Positions 12,534-22,764 of a stretch of 50,152 nt of DNA are shown piece after piece. The notes beneath the pieces are model-generated. The model searched no databases and had not been told where the DNA came from. It saw only the letters and a list, made by a program, of their open reading frames with translations. This DNA is from Actinomycetes bacterium (GTDB lineage Bacteria > Actinomycetota > Actinomycetes > Nanopelagicales > Nanopelagicaceae), in the NCBI GenBank assembly GCA_025355805.1, contig JANXYY010000070.1, forward strand, positions 1 to 50,152, given 5' to 3'. The position numbers and the translations under genes were made by a program. Position 1 is the first letter of the stretch, and each line of letters starts with the position of its first letter.

Positions 12534-13630
12534 TGTCTGCAAGCACCGTTTCCGCACTACTCGCACCGCACACGCCCAATGGGCGCGAAGAGGCATGGCG
12601 CTTCACGCCGATCAACAAATTGCGGGGGCTCCATCAACCCGAGACCGAAACGACGAGCGAGTTACACTTCGTTGCCACTTTGGCTGGGCTAGCGACTTGT
12701 GAGGAGTTATCACCTTCGGATCCAAGAGTTGCTCCCTCGTCGCATACGACCGACGCAGTGGCGCAGAACGCGCGCATTAAGGCGAAATTTGTTTCGCACA
12801 TCGTTGTCCCGCGGGATGAAGAAATCACAGTCCCCATCCGATTAACTCGCAATAGTCCGAATGGTGAGGTCTCATTCAGTCGAACAGTGATTGAGGTTGG
12901 GGCGCACTCACGATCTACCATCATCTTGGAACATTTTGGGAGTGGAACGCTCGGTGAGGATCTAGAGATCCGCGTTGGGGACGATGCCGATCTGACGCTT
13001 ATTTCAACGCAGGAGTGGGGCGACGAAGGAGTTCACGTTGCCACCCACGCGGCGCTGCTTCAAAAGGATGCGCACTTCACTTCGATCGTAGTATCCCTTG
13101 GCGGATCCGTAGTTCGGATTTCACCGACGGTCGAGTTCTTCGGTCAAGGGGCTTCGTGCGATATGTTTGGTCTCTACTTTGCCACCGCTGACCAACACCT
13201 CGAGCACCGACTACACGTCGAACACGGGCAACCCAATTGTCGCTCACGCGTTACTTACAAGGGAGCTCTGAGTGGGTTTCAAGCCCGCTCAGTCTGGATT
13301 GGAGACGTCGCAATTCGGGCGAATGCCGAGGGCACTGACACTTATGAATTGAATCGCAATCTCTTGCTATCCGATGGCGCCCGTGCCGACTCCGTACCCA
13401 ACCTTGAAATTGAGACAGGTGAGATTGTCGGGGCAGGGCATGCGAGTGCTACGGGTCGCTTCGATGATGAGCAATTGTTTTATTTACAATCGCGAGGGAT
13501 TCCAGATGTTCAGGCGCGATTGCTGGTCGTCCGCGGTTTCTTCGCAGAACTATTGACCAGGATCAAGGACGACACAACCCGCGAGCGACTCACTTCCACC
13601 ATCGAGAATGATCTTGGAATGGCGGAGTAG
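12533..13630 (+). CDS. sufD: Fe-S cluster assembly protein SufD
   Basis: A 365-aa SufB/SufD-family beta-helix protein with the C-terminal motif DDEQLFYLQSRGI. It sits between sufB and sufC. Confidence 0.9.
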   Translation: MSASTVSALLAPHTPNGREEAWRFTPINKLRGLHQPETETTSELHFVATLAGLATCEELSPSDPRVAPSSHTTDAVAQNARIKAKFVSHIVVPRDEEITVPIRLTRNSPNGEVSFSRTVIEVGAHSRSTIILEHFGSGTLGEDLEIRVGDDADLTLISTQEWGDEGVHVATHAALLQKDAHFTSIVVSLGGSVVRISPTVEFFGQGASCDMFGLYFATADQHLEHRLHVEHGQPNCRSRVTYKGALSGFQARSVWIGDVAIRANAEGTDTYELNRNLLLSDGARADSVPNLEIETGEIVGAGHASATGRFDDEQLFYLQSRGIPDVQARLLVVRGFFAELLTRIKDDTTRERLTSTIENDLGMAE

Positions 13631-13941
13631 TGGAGACACGATTGAAAATTTCATTAGCGAATCTCGAGGATCGCAAGCCCATGCGGGTTGAAATCGAGGG
13701 CGAACCAGTCTGTGTCGCACGAGTAGACAACGAAGTGTTTGCTGTCGGCGACACTTGTAGCCATGCGAACGTTTCGCTAGCCGAGGGCGAAATCGTCGGG
13801 TACGACATCGAGTGTTGGCTCCACGGATCGCGTTTTGATTTGCGCACCGGCATACCTGATACGCCGCCGGCAGTCGTTTCGCTACCCACATATTTGGTAA
13901 CTATGGTCGACGATATGGCAGTAATTGAGAGGAAGAAATGA
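13630..13941 (+). CDS. Rieske [2Fe-2S] ferredoxin-like protein embedded in the suf operon
   Basis: A 103-aa ORF with Rieske ligand motifs CSH (DTCSHANV) and CWLH (IECWLHGSRF). Its GTG start shares one nt with the sufD stop. Confidence 0.85.
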   Translation: METRLKISLANLEDRKPMRVEIEGEPVCVARVDNEVFAVGDTCSHANVSLAEGEIVGYDIECWLHGSRFDLRTGIPDTPPAVVSLPTYLVTMVDDMAVIERKK

Positions 13942-14690
13942 GCACGCTCGTAATAAAGGATTTGCACGTCAGCGTTGAGGCCGATGGAGGTTCTCGCGAG
14001 ATTCTTCGCGGAGTCAATCTAACCGTTGAATCTGGTGAAACGCACGCGATCATGGGGCCAAACGGTTCCGGAAAATCGACGCTCGCGTACTCAATCGCCG
14101 GACACCCCAAGTATCGGATCACGTCTGGGAGCGCGACGCTTGATGGAGCCGATCTACTCACAATGACCGTTGATGCACGTGCTCGCGCAGGACTATTTCT
14201 GGCCATGCAATATCCCGTGGAAGTGCCAGGAATCTCGGTCTCGAACTTCCTCCGCACGGCAGCCACTGCTATTCGCGGAGAGGCCCCGAAACTTCGCACT
14301 TGGGTTTCTGAAGTAAAAAATGCCATGACCGAATTGGCGATGGATCCAGTTTTCTCGGAACGAAATGTCAATGAAGGGTTTTCTGGTGGCGAAAAGAAGC
14401 GCCACGAGATCCTTCAACTCGAATTGCTAAAACCAAAGATCGCCATCCTCGACGAGACGGATTCAGGTCTTGACGTTGACGCGCTTCGCGTCGTCTCAGA
14501 AGGAGTGAATCGGGTCAAGGAATCCAGTGACATTGGTATTTTGTTGATCACCCATTACACGCGAATCCTGCGCTACATCACACCCGATTTTGTCCATGTC
14601 TTTGCGAATGGTCGCATTGTAGAAGAGGGCGGGCCTGAACTAGCCGAGCTGCTAGAGGCCAAGGGTTACGCAGATTACGTAAACGCGTAG
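13938..14690 (+). CDS. sufC: Fe-S cluster assembly ATPase SufC
   Basis: A 250-aa ORF with Walker A GPNGSGKST, the ABC signature FSGGEKKR and Walker B AILDETDSGLD. Confidence 0.95.
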   Translation: MSTLVIKDLHVSVEADGGSREILRGVNLTVESGETHAIMGPNGSGKSTLAYSIAGHPKYRITSGSATLDGADLLTMTVDARARAGLFLAMQYPVEVPGISVSNFLRTAATAIRGEAPKLRTWVSEVKNAMTELAMDPVFSERNVNEGFSGGEKKRHEILQLELLKPKIAILDETDSGLDVDALRVVSEGVNRVKESSDIGILLITHYTRILRYITPDFVHVFANGRIVEEGGPELAELLEAKGYADYVNA

Positions 14691-14701
14691 GCGCATTCCA
14701 G

Positions 14702-15958
14702 ATGGCACTAGATGTGGCAAGGTTGAAGAATGATTTTCCAATTTTCGCGCGTACGGTGCGTGATGGAAAACCCTTGATATACCTTGATTCGGGAGCAACG
14801 AGCCAAAAACCTAGGCTCGTGCTAGATGCTGAGCGTAACTTCTATGAGCAGCACAATGCGGCCGCCCATCGTGGTGCGCATCAGCTCGCTGAAGAGGCTA
14901 CCGAAGCTTACGAGGACGCCAGGTCGAAGGTTGCCAAATTTATTGGAGCGGCCGATAACGAAATTATTTTCACCAAGAGCGCGACCGAATCCATCAATTT
15001 GGTGGCATATGCACTCTCAAATTCGAACTTCACTGACGCAAAACGTTTCCATATTGGCCCTGAACACGAAATTTTGGTTTCCGAAATGGAGCACCATGCA
15101 AACCTGATTCCTTGGCAGGAGTTGGCTAAGCGAACCGGGGCAAAACTGCGGTGGATACCACTGACAGATGAGGGACGTTTGGACCTTTCCAATATCGATT
15201 CGCTAATCACCTCCAGTACCAAAATGGTGGCCTTAACTCATCAATCCAATGTTCTGGGCACGATTAATCCGATCGCCGGAATCGCCAAGTTAGTACACGA
15301 TCGCGGCGCATTGTTTTTGGTCGATGCTTGCCAATCGGTTCCCCATCAGAGCGTTGATGTTAAGGCGCTCGACGTCGATTTTTTGGTATTTTCAGGCCAT
15401 AAAATGTTGGGGCCGACAGGTGTTGGAGTTCTCTATGGTCGAGCCGAATTGCTCGACGAAATGCCACCGTTCCTGACGGGTGGCTCAATGATTGAAGAAG
15501 TGCATATGGAATCGGCCACCTATGCTCGAGCGCCTCAACGTTTTGAGGCAGGAGTTCCAAATATGGCTCAAGCGGTTGGTTTAGCAGCGGCAATCGAATA
15601 TCTGGAGCGGGTTGGAATGGATCAAGTGCAGGAGCATGAAGAACTCCTGGTAAATCACGCAATAGATGGGCTTTTGGGGATCTCAAAAGTGCGAATAATT
15701 GGACCGTTTGGCGGTATTCATCGAAGCGGCGCGGTGTCTTTTACTATCGATGACATTCATCCTCATGATCTTGGGCAGGTTCTCGATGATTTGGGCATCG
15801 CCGTCAGAGTGGGACACCACTGTGCGTGGCCTCTGATGCGCCGTTTCGGCATTTCAGGCACGACTCGAGCCACTTTCTATTTGTACAATTCCATCTCTGA
15901 TGTTGATGCGCTTATTGCCGGGGTAGAGGCAACCAAGAAATTCTTTAAGGTTGCCTGA
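14702..15958 (+). CDS. sufS: Cysteine desulfurase SufS (class V aminotransferase, group II)
   Basis: A 418-aa ORF with the PLP-lysine context FSGHKMLGPTG and the catalytic-Cys loop RVGHHCA. Confidence 0.93.
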   Translation: MALDVARLKNDFPIFARTVRDGKPLIYLDSGATSQKPRLVLDAERNFYEQHNAAAHRGAHQLAEEATEAYEDARSKVAKFIGAADNEIIFTKSATESINLVAYALSNSNFTDAKRFHIGPEHEILVSEMEHHANLIPWQELAKRTGAKLRWIPLTDEGRLDLSNIDSLITSSTKMVALTHQSNVLGTINPIAGIAKLVHDRGALFLVDACQSVPHQSVDVKALDVDFLVFSGHKMLGPTGVGVLYGRAELLDEMPPFLTGGSMIEEVHMESATYARAPQRFEAGVPNMAQAVGLAAAIEYLERVGMDQVQEHEELLVNHAIDGLLGISKVRIIGPFGGIHRSGAVSFTIDDIHPHDLGQVLDDLGIAVRVGHHCAWPLMRRFGISGTTRATFYLYNSISDVDALIAGVEATKKFFKVA

Positions 15959-16452
15959 TGGATCTACAAGCCCTCTATCAGGAAATCATTCTCGACCATT
16001 ACAAGCGGCCTTCGCATCGAGGTCTTCATGAGCCATTCGACATCGAAGTTCATCACGTCAATCCCACGTGTGGCGACGAAATTACGCTCCGACTTAGCCT
16101 CGATGGGGAGCGAATCACTAATCTGTCGTGGGAGGGCATGGGTTGTTCGATTTCGCAAGCATCCACCTCAGTTATGACGACGCTAGTCGACGCAAAGACG
16201 GTGGATGAGTTTTCAATAACCAGCGATTCATTCCTTGCCTTGATGCACGGAAAGGGAACTGTGGTCCCAGATGAAGAAATTCTTGAAGACGGCGTGGCAT
16301 TCAGCGGAGTGGCGAAGTACCCAGCCCGGATAAAATGCGCATTGCTGGGATGGATGGCACTGAAGGACGCGCTTGTGCAGTTAATTGATAGTAAAAGCAC
16401 CGACGCAAAGATCATTAGTATTGTCCCCGATAGGAGTCGAGATGAGCGCTAA
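15958..16452 (+). CDS. sufU: SufU (NifU/IscU-like zinc-dependent sulfurtransferase)
   Basis: A 164-aa ORF with LYQEIILDHYKRP, NPTCGDE, GCSISQAS and the C-terminal PARIKCALL motif. Confidence 0.9.
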   Translation: MDLQALYQEIILDHYKRPSHRGLHEPFDIEVHHVNPTCGDEITLRLSLDGERITNLSWEGMGCSISQASTSVMTTLVDAKTVDEFSITSDSFLALMHGKGTVVPDEEILEDGVAFSGVAKYPARIKCALLGWMALKDALVQLIDSKSTDAKIISIVPDRSRDER

Positions 16453-16753
16453 GAATGACGACGTTACTGAGGCGATGCGCGATGTCGTCGACCCTGAACT
16501 AGGAATTAACGTCGTAGACCTAGGTCTTGTTTATGGCGTTCTCGTCGATGACGCAAATGTGGCATACCTTGATATGACACTTACCTCAGCGGCATGTCCC
16601 CTTACCGATGTGATCGAAGATCAAACCCGGCAAGCGCTTTCTGAACTCGTTGACGACGTAAGAATTAATTGGGTCTGGATGCCGCCTTGGGGACCCGACA
16701 AGATCACTGATTCTGGCCGAGAGCAACTTCGCGCTCTTGGGTTCACCGTCTAA
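16442..16753 (+). CDS. sufT: SufT-like Fe-S assembly factor (DUF59/MIP18 family)
   Basis: I moved the start to ATG 16442, which overlaps the sufU stop, rather than the track start at 16385. The DUF59 motif is DPELGINVVDLGLVY...TLTSAACP. Confidence 0.85.
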   Translation: MSAKNDDVTEAMRDVVDPELGINVVDLGLVYGVLVDDANVAYLDMTLTSAACPLTDVIEDQTRQALSELVDDVRINWVWMPPWGPDKITDSGREQLRALGFTV

Positions 16754-16776
16754 TCCAGATTTTTCGTTACTAAGCC

Positions 16777-18369
16777 ATGATTCAAGCTCGCGATTTGGAA
16801 CTTCGTGCTGGCTCAGCGCTGCTGCTCGAAGGAGCTACTTTTCAAATTGCTCCTGGGGATCGAATTGGGCTCGTTGGTCGCAATGGGGCTGGGAAAACCA
16901 CGCTGACAAAAGTTCTCGCCGGCGTCTCGCAACCGGCGGCAGGTACAGTCGTTCGTAGCAATGAAATTGGATATTTAGCGCAGGATCCTCGAACTGGAGA
17001 TCTTGAAGTAATTGCCTTAGACCGAATCCTTTCCGCACGGGGACTCGACGAAACCATCAGGCAGTTACGGAGTGCCGAAAGCCAAATGGGCGACGAGCGA
17101 AGTGGGGAAAAGGCCGCGAAGCGTTGGAGTCGTCTTGAAGAGGAATTTCAACAACAGGGCGGCTATGCCGCCGAAAGTGAAGCTGCATCAATTGCTTCCA
17201 GTCTGGGACTTCCGGAAAGAGTTCTCGTTCAACCACTCGGTACCCTTTCGGGAGGTCAGCGTCGTCGAGTCGAACTTGCTCGGATCCTCTTTTCAGGCGC
17301 GCCAACTCTACTTCTTGACGAACCGACAAATCATTTGGACGCAGACTCAATCGTGTGGTTGCGATCTTTTCTAGCCTCGCATAAAGGTGGTTTCATCATC
17401 ATTAGCCACGATGCCTCGCTCTTAGAAGCCTGCGTTAATAAGGTGTTTTACCTTGATGCAAATCGCTGCGTCTTGGACTTGTACAATATGGGTTGGAAAT
17501 CTTATTTGACGGCGAGAGAAGCCGATGAAAAGAGGCGTAAGAGAGAACGATCAAACGCCGAACGACAAGCTTCAATTTTGCACGCACAAGCCGAGCGAAT
17601 GCGTTACAAAGCAACCAAGGCGAAAGCCGCACAAAATATGGAGAAGCGGGCGGAGCGATTGATTTCTGGTCTCGAAACTCTGCGCAGAGCCGACCGGGTG
17701 GCAAAACTTCGCTTCCCAACTCCTCTGCCTTGCGGCAAGACTCCCCTACACGCCAACGAATTATCTAAATCGTACGGTTCGCTCGAAATCTTCACCGACG
17801 TTGATCTCGCCATTGATCGCGGAAGTAAAGTTGTAGTTTTAGGACTCAACGGAGCAGGCAAGACCACTCTCTTGCGAATTCTCTCGGGAATCGAACCTGC
17901 CGATACAGGGGAGATTCATTTGGGCCATGGTGCAAAATTGGGATATTACGCGCAAGAGCACGAGACTTTGCAGACCGAACGAACAGTGCTCGAAAACCTA
18001 ACCCGAGTTGCACCGAATCTCAATGACACCGAACTCCGAAGCGTGCTCGGATCTTTCCTGTTCAGTGGCGATGCCGTCGCAAAACGCGCGGGCGTCCTCT
18101 CAGGTGGCGAGAAGACCCGACTTGCGCTGGCCATGCTGGTTGTCTCGAGTGCAAATGTGCTCTTGCTCGATGAGCCGACCAACAACCTGGACCCAGCAAG
18201 TCGGGAAGAAATTTTGAGTGCGCTATCGAATTATGAAGGTGCCGTCATTTTGGTAACCCACGACGAAGGCGCGGTCACCTCCCTCAACCCTGAGCGAGTT
18301 CTTCTGCTTCCGGACGGGGTTGAGGACTTATGGAGCGAAGACTACCTAGACCTGATTGCCCTAGCATGA
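16777..18369 (+). CDS. ABC-F family ATPase (two tandem ABC domains, no TM domain; translation-factor-like)
   Basis: A 530-aa ORF with two Walker A motifs (GRNGAGKTT, GLNGAGKTT) and two signature motifs (LSGGQRRR, LSGGEKTR). A charged K/R/E-rich interdomain linker is present (READEKRRKRERSNAERQ...). Confidence 0.88.
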   Translation: MIQARDLELRAGSALLLEGATFQIAPGDRIGLVGRNGAGKTTLTKVLAGVSQPAAGTVVRSNEIGYLAQDPRTGDLEVIALDRILSARGLDETIRQLRSAESQMGDERSGEKAAKRWSRLEEEFQQQGGYAAESEAASIASSLGLPERVLVQPLGTLSGGQRRRVELARILFSGAPTLLLDEPTNHLDADSIVWLRSFLASHKGGFIIISHDASLLEACVNKVFYLDANRCVLDLYNMGWKSYLTAREADEKRRKRERSNAERQASILHAQAERMRYKATKAKAAQNMEKRAERLISGLETLRRADRVAKLRFPTPLPCGKTPLHANELSKSYGSLEIFTDVDLAIDRGSKVVVLGLNGAGKTTLLRILSGIEPADTGEIHLGHGAKLGYYAQEHETLQTERTVLENLTRVAPNLNDTELRSVLGSFLFSGDAVAKRAGVLSGGEKTRLALAMLVVSSANVLLLDEPTNNLDPASREEILSALSNYEGAVILVTHDEGAVTSLNPERVLLLPDGVEDLWSEDYLDLIALA

Positions 18370-18373
18370 CGCC

Positions 18374-19117
18374 ATGATCGAGACTATTCGTGACGGTTGG
18401 CGACTTGACGTAATTCTCAACAATCCTTCGCGGTTAAATGCCATGACTGAGGAAACCTGGCAGGCACTTGCCCAGGTGGGCCGCGAGCTTTCCGAGGAAG
18501 TGCGCGTGGTGGTTCTGCGAGCCGAAGGTCGATCATTTAGCGCAGGACTTGATAGAAGAGTTTTCGCCGGCGAAGCGAAGCCTGATCTGGCCGGATTGCT
18601 TGCCGGCTCGGATGTGGAATTCCAAGCTGCGATTGGCGTATTTCAGGAGGCTTTCACTTGGTGGCGAAAATCAGATGCCATTACAATAGCGGCAGTGCAG
18701 GGCGATGCAATTGGTGCAGGTTTTCAGTTAGCGCTGGCCTGTGATTTCCGAATCGTAACCGAGGATGCTCGGTTTTCACTTCGGGAAACCTCACTTGGAC
18801 TAGTGCCAGATCTGGCAGGAACTAAACCTTTAGTTGAACTTGTCGGCTACTCCCGAGCATTGGAGATTGCATTGACTGGTGCCCCGGTGGACTCAACGAG
18901 GGCTTTACAAATTGGACTCGCGAACAGAGTTGTGCCCGCCTCTGAACTCCACAACGCGATTAATTCGTTTGTAGAAAGCCTCCTGGCGCTACCAGAAGCT
19001 TCGGTTCGCGCAACCAAACGATTGATTCTGGGTGCGCTCACAAGCAACTTTGAGGAACAGGAATTGGCGGAAGGCCGCGAGCAGACACAACTCCTTCGAA
19101 TGACTATGGGCCAGTGA
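18374..19117 (+). CDS. Enoyl-CoA hydratase/isomerase (crotonase) family protein
   Basis: A 247-aa ORF with the crotonase-fold motifs FSAGLD and AAVQGDAIGAGFQLALACDFRI. Confidence 0.85.
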   Translation: MIETIRDGWRLDVILNNPSRLNAMTEETWQALAQVGRELSEEVRVVVLRAEGRSFSAGLDRRVFAGEAKPDLAGLLAGSDVEFQAAIGVFQEAFTWWRKSDAITIAAVQGDAIGAGFQLALACDFRIVTEDARFSLRETSLGLVPDLAGTKPLVELVGYSRALEIALTGAPVDSTRALQIGLANRVVPASELHNAINSFVESLLALPEASVRATKRLILGALTSNFEEQELAEGREQTQLLRMTMGQ

Positions 19118-20979
19118 TGTCGTCAACAGGGCATCGGACGATGCTTCGAAGCCTTTCTCAGGACAGTTCGGTCAAGCATCAAAAATTGAAGCCGGGGACC
19201 CTAAAGCGGATCGCTTCTTTCGCCGCGCCTTATAAAATTTGGATCGCTATCTTCCTAGTTACCGTGGTACTTGATGCAGTTTTGATGGTCAGCACTCCAC
19301 TACTGCTCCGTCGGTTGGTCGATCAAGGAATCCAGATGGGAAAGACTCGGGTTGTTGTGGTTTTGGCCCTGATAGTCGGGGTTCTAGCGATTTTGGACGC
19401 TGTGGTCAGCACCTTCGGTCGTTGGTTTTCGGTAAGAATTGGCGAGGGTTTGATCTACGACTTGCGGACACAAGTTTTTGCCCACGTGCAACGGCAACCG
19501 ATTGCTTTCTTCGTTCGAAGTCAAACTGGTGCACTGATCTCCAGATTGAATTCAGATGTGATTGGGGCACAACAGGCATTTACTGGCACTTTGTCGAATG
19601 TTGTAAGTAATGGTGTGAGCCTGGCGCTTGTTCTCTCCGCAATGTTTTACCTTTCATGGCAAGTTACGATCCTCTCGTTGGTGATCGTTCCGCTCTTTCT
19701 GCTGCCTAGTAAATGGATCGGTAGACAACTCCAGCGACTAACACGCCTGGCGATGAACCTCAACGCTGAACTCTCAAGTGCAATGGTTGAGAGGTTCAAT
19801 GTCTCTGGCGCCCTGCTCGTATCGCTTTTCGGAAACTCGGAACGCGAGCACCAATTCTTTAAGTCTCGAGCACGCAAAGTCGCTGATACAGGTATTAAAA
19901 CCGCCATGTTAAATCGTTATTTTTTCAATTCACTCACTTTGATTGCTTCAGTAGCCACCGCAATAACTTATGGGCTCGGCGGATCATTGGTAATTTCAAA
20001 AACGATTACAATCGGCACTTTGCTCGCGCTTACGGCGCTGCTCGGCCGGCTCTATGGTCCGCTGACTGCACTCTCGAATGTCCGCGTCGAAGTAATGACT
20101 GCGCTTGTTTCGTTCGAACGAGTTTTTGAAATTCTTGATTTGAAGCCTCTGATTAGAGATCGAGCGTCAGCACAGCACATGCCAAATGTTCCGAGTCGAA
20201 TTGAATTCCGAGACGTTTCGTTCGCGTATCCAAGTGCCCAAGAGGTCTCCTTAGCTTCGCTTGAGTCAATTGCCAAACCAGAATCCATGCCAACCGGGCC
20301 CGTACTCAGCGGGATTTCGTTTTGCGTTGAGCCTGGGACCATGACTGCTCTCGTCGGGCCATCCGGGGCCGGCAAGACCACGCTGGCCACTCTCCTTCCG
20401 CGGCTTTACGACGTGAGTTCAGGCGCGATCTTGGTGGATGGGATCGACATTCGTGATGCAACGCTCGAGTCACTCCGAAATGCCGTCGGAATGGTTACCC
20501 AAGATGCGCACTTGTTTCATGATTCGATTCTGGCGAACCTTCTCTATGCAAAGCCGGAGGCGACGATCGACGAGATCGCAGAGGCGTGTAAGTCGGCGCA
20601 GATCTGGGGGCTGATTACGTCGCTTCCTGATGGTTTGGCCACGGTGGTAGGGGATCGTGGGCATCGTCTATCAGGAGGCGAAAAACAGCGGCTTGCGATT
20701 GCTCGCCTTCTCCTTAAAGCACCGAGCATGATCGTGCTTGATGAAGCAACGGCGCATCTCGATTCAGAAAACGAGGCGCTCGTTCAACAGGCCCTGAAGG
20801 CCGCTCTGGCGAACCGCACGAGTTTGGTCATCGCCCATCGGCTCTCAACTATTCGAGAAGCCGATCAGATTCTTGTTATCGATGATGGACGAATCGCCGA
20901 AAGAGGCGTCCATCATGAGTTGCTTACCGCTGGAGGTCTCTACTCAGAGTTGTATCGACTTCAATTTGCAGAACGCTGA
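19114..20979 (+). CDS. ABC exporter, fused permease/ATPase (MsbA/type IV exporter-like)
   Basis: A 621-aa ORF with an N-terminal six-helix TMD. The C-terminal NBD has GPSGAGKTT, LSGGEKQR and VLDEATAHLD. The real start may be ATG 19117 (TGATG overlap with the upstream stop). Confidence 0.88.
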   Translation: MMSSTGHRTMLRSLSQDSSVKHQKLKPGTLKRIASFAAPYKIWIAIFLVTVVLDAVLMVSTPLLLRRLVDQGIQMGKTRVVVVLALIVGVLAILDAVVSTFGRWFSVRIGEGLIYDLRTQVFAHVQRQPIAFFVRSQTGALISRLNSDVIGAQQAFTGTLSNVVSNGVSLALVLSAMFYLSWQVTILSLVIVPLFLLPSKWIGRQLQRLTRLAMNLNAELSSAMVERFNVSGALLVSLFGNSEREHQFFKSRARKVADTGIKTAMLNRYFFNSLTLIASVATAITYGLGGSLVISKTITIGTLLALTALLGRLYGPLTALSNVRVEVMTALVSFERVFEILDLKPLIRDRASAQHMPNVPSRIEFRDVSFAYPSAQEVSLASLESIAKPESMPTGPVLSGISFCVEPGTMTALVGPSGAGKTTLATLLPRLYDVSSGAILVDGIDIRDATLESLRNAVGMVTQDAHLFHDSILANLLYAKPEATIDEIAEACKSAQIWGLITSLPDGLATVVGDRGHRLSGGEKQRLAIARLLLKAPSMIVLDEATAHLDSENEALVQQALKAALANRTSLVIAHRLSTIREADQILVIDDGRIAERGVHHELLTAGGLYSELYRLQFAER

Positions 20980-21716
20980 GCCAACCGATACTCATCGCGG
21001 CCCAAGAGGATTCGTCCAATGAAAAATAGCAGGGCAAAGAAATACCACTGGATTGCGTAGGCCAGATGCGGCCCTGGAGTCACTTCGGGAATATCACGAG
21101 GTACAGGTTGCTGTTGGCCCGATGGTGTGGAAGAAATCAACTCCACATAGCCTTTGATCGTAGGTCCGGAGGTCGCCAATTTTCCGATAAAAGTGGCCAC
21201 TGTCTCCGCTTGCTTGAACGGTAGGCCAAAGAGTGCTCCACCAGGCCCAGGGTTATCAAGCGCATCCAAGCCGCGAACACGCCCGAGAATTTGCACGACG
21301 CCGGTCGGGGGAGCGAAAGCCACCGGTTGTTCGGTGGCGACTCCCGGTGCCGCTACCCATCCGCGATCTATCCAGAGCAATATTTTCCTATCGCTGGTTC
21401 GAAAGAGCGACAGAACGGCGTAACCATATTTCCCGTGGTAGCTGCGTCCGCGGACATAGTGCGTAGCTGATTCGTAAGAGCCGGCGACTTGAACGCGCCG
21501 CCATCTATCGGATCTCTTTGGCTCGACGCTAGTATTCATGACCCTGCTGAGTGCAATGGGTGAGGTGCGCAAATTAATGGCCAATACTCGATTGATCTGA
21601 TCACGTGACTCCTTGCGGCTCCACTGCCATTTGCCCAGGTCAACGCAGAGCGCAATCGCCAATATCGCGACGAGCGAAAGTGCTAATGCCTTAGGTCCAA
21701 AAATGGCGCGCCACAC
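20961..21716 (-). CDS. SURF1-family cytochrome oxidase assembly protein
   Basis: A 251-aa ORF with an N-terminal TM helix followed by LGKWQWSR, the central motif DRGWV and a C-terminal TM helix (HLAYAIQWYFFA). Its 3' end overlaps the ABC exporter 3' end by 19 nt. Confidence 0.8.
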   Translation of the reverse strand: MWRAIFGPKALALSLVAILAIALCVDLGKWQWSRKESRDQINRVLAINLRTSPIALSRVMNTSVEPKRSDRWRRVQVAGSYESATHYVRGRSYHGKYGYAVLSLFRTSDRKILLWIDRGWVAAPGVATEQPVAFAPPTGVVQILGRVRGLDALDNPGPGGALFGLPFKQAETVATFIGKLATSGPTIKGYVELISSTPSGQQQPVPRDIPEVTPGPHLAYAIQWYFFALLFFIGRILLGRDEYRLAQRSAN

Positions 21717-21742
21717 GGGATGAAGGTAGCCTTAAAACCACT

Positions 21743-22750
21743 ATGTCTGCACCAGTGGGGTTCATGGACGGCTTCGGCCGTCGGAAGAAAGACCTCCGCG
21801 TCTCCTTAACTGATCGATGCAATTTGCGTTGTGCGTACTGTATGCCGGTCGAAGGGTTGGCTTGGCTTCCAAACGATTCACTCCTAACTGATGATGAGAT
21901 TATTCGCGTCCTTAAGGTCGCGATTCAGCATGGGATTGAACGGGTACGCCTCACTGGTGGAGAGCCGTTGATCCGGCCGTCCATAGTTGAGATTGTTCAA
22001 TCGATTGCCGCGCTTTCGCCACGCCCGGAGATAACCCTCACAACTAACGGCATTGGGTTAGCTTCATTGGCTGAACCGTTGGCTAAAGCGGGACTTGATC
22101 GAATCAACGTTTCACTTGACACTCTGGATGCGGATCGCTTTGCCGCCATCACGCATCGCAATCGCTGGGCTGACGTAATCGCAGGTTTGGAAGCAGCCAA
22201 GGCCACCACCCTTAAGCCGATCAAAGTGAATTCAGTGCTCTTACGTGGGATCAACGACGACGAGGCGCCAGCACTCTTGGATTGGGCTCTTGCAAACGGG
22301 TATTCGTTGAGGTTTATTGAACAGATGCCTCTTGATCCTCAGCATGGGTGGAGTCGCGAAGAGATGATTAGCGCCGACGAGATTCTGCGTCAATTATCAC
22401 TAACGCATCGACTGTCACCTGTTGGACAATTGAGTAGAGGTTCTTCGCCAGCCGAAGAGTTTTTAGTTGGTGATGGGCCAGCGACGGTTGGTATTATTGG
22501 CAGCGTTACCCGTCCATTCTGTGCAGATTGTGATCGACTCAGGCTCACCGCAGACGGCCAAATTCTAAACTGCCTCTTTGCAAAAGAAGAGGATGATCTG
22601 CGAGCCATACTACGTTCAGGGTCATCCAATATTGATGCCGAAATTGCCAGAGTTTTCTTCGGATCCGTTGCGAAGAAAAAAGCTGGGCATGGAATTGGCG
22701 AGCCAGGTTTTGAACAGCCGTCACGTCCGATGTCTGCGATAGGCGGATAG
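21743..22750 (+). CDS. moaA: GTP 3',8-cyclase MoaA (radical SAM)
   Basis: A 335-aa ORF with the radical-SAM motif CNLRCAYCMP, LTGGEPL and the C-terminal second cluster CADCDRLRLTADG. Confidence 0.92.
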   Translation: MSAPVGFMDGFGRRKKDLRVSLTDRCNLRCAYCMPVEGLAWLPNDSLLTDDEIIRVLKVAIQHGIERVRLTGGEPLIRPSIVEIVQSIAALSPRPEITLTTNGIGLASLAEPLAKAGLDRINVSLDTLDADRFAAITHRNRWADVIAGLEAAKATTLKPIKVNSVLLRGINDDEAPALLDWALANGYSLRFIEQMPLDPQHGWSREEMISADEILRQLSLTHRLSPVGQLSRGSSPAEEFLVGDGPATVGIIGSVTRPFCADCDRLRLTADGQILNCLFAKEEDDLRAILRSGSSNIDAEIARVFFGSVAKKKAGHGIGEPGFEQPSRPMSAIGG

Positions 22751-22764
22751 CCATCAGGGTTGGA

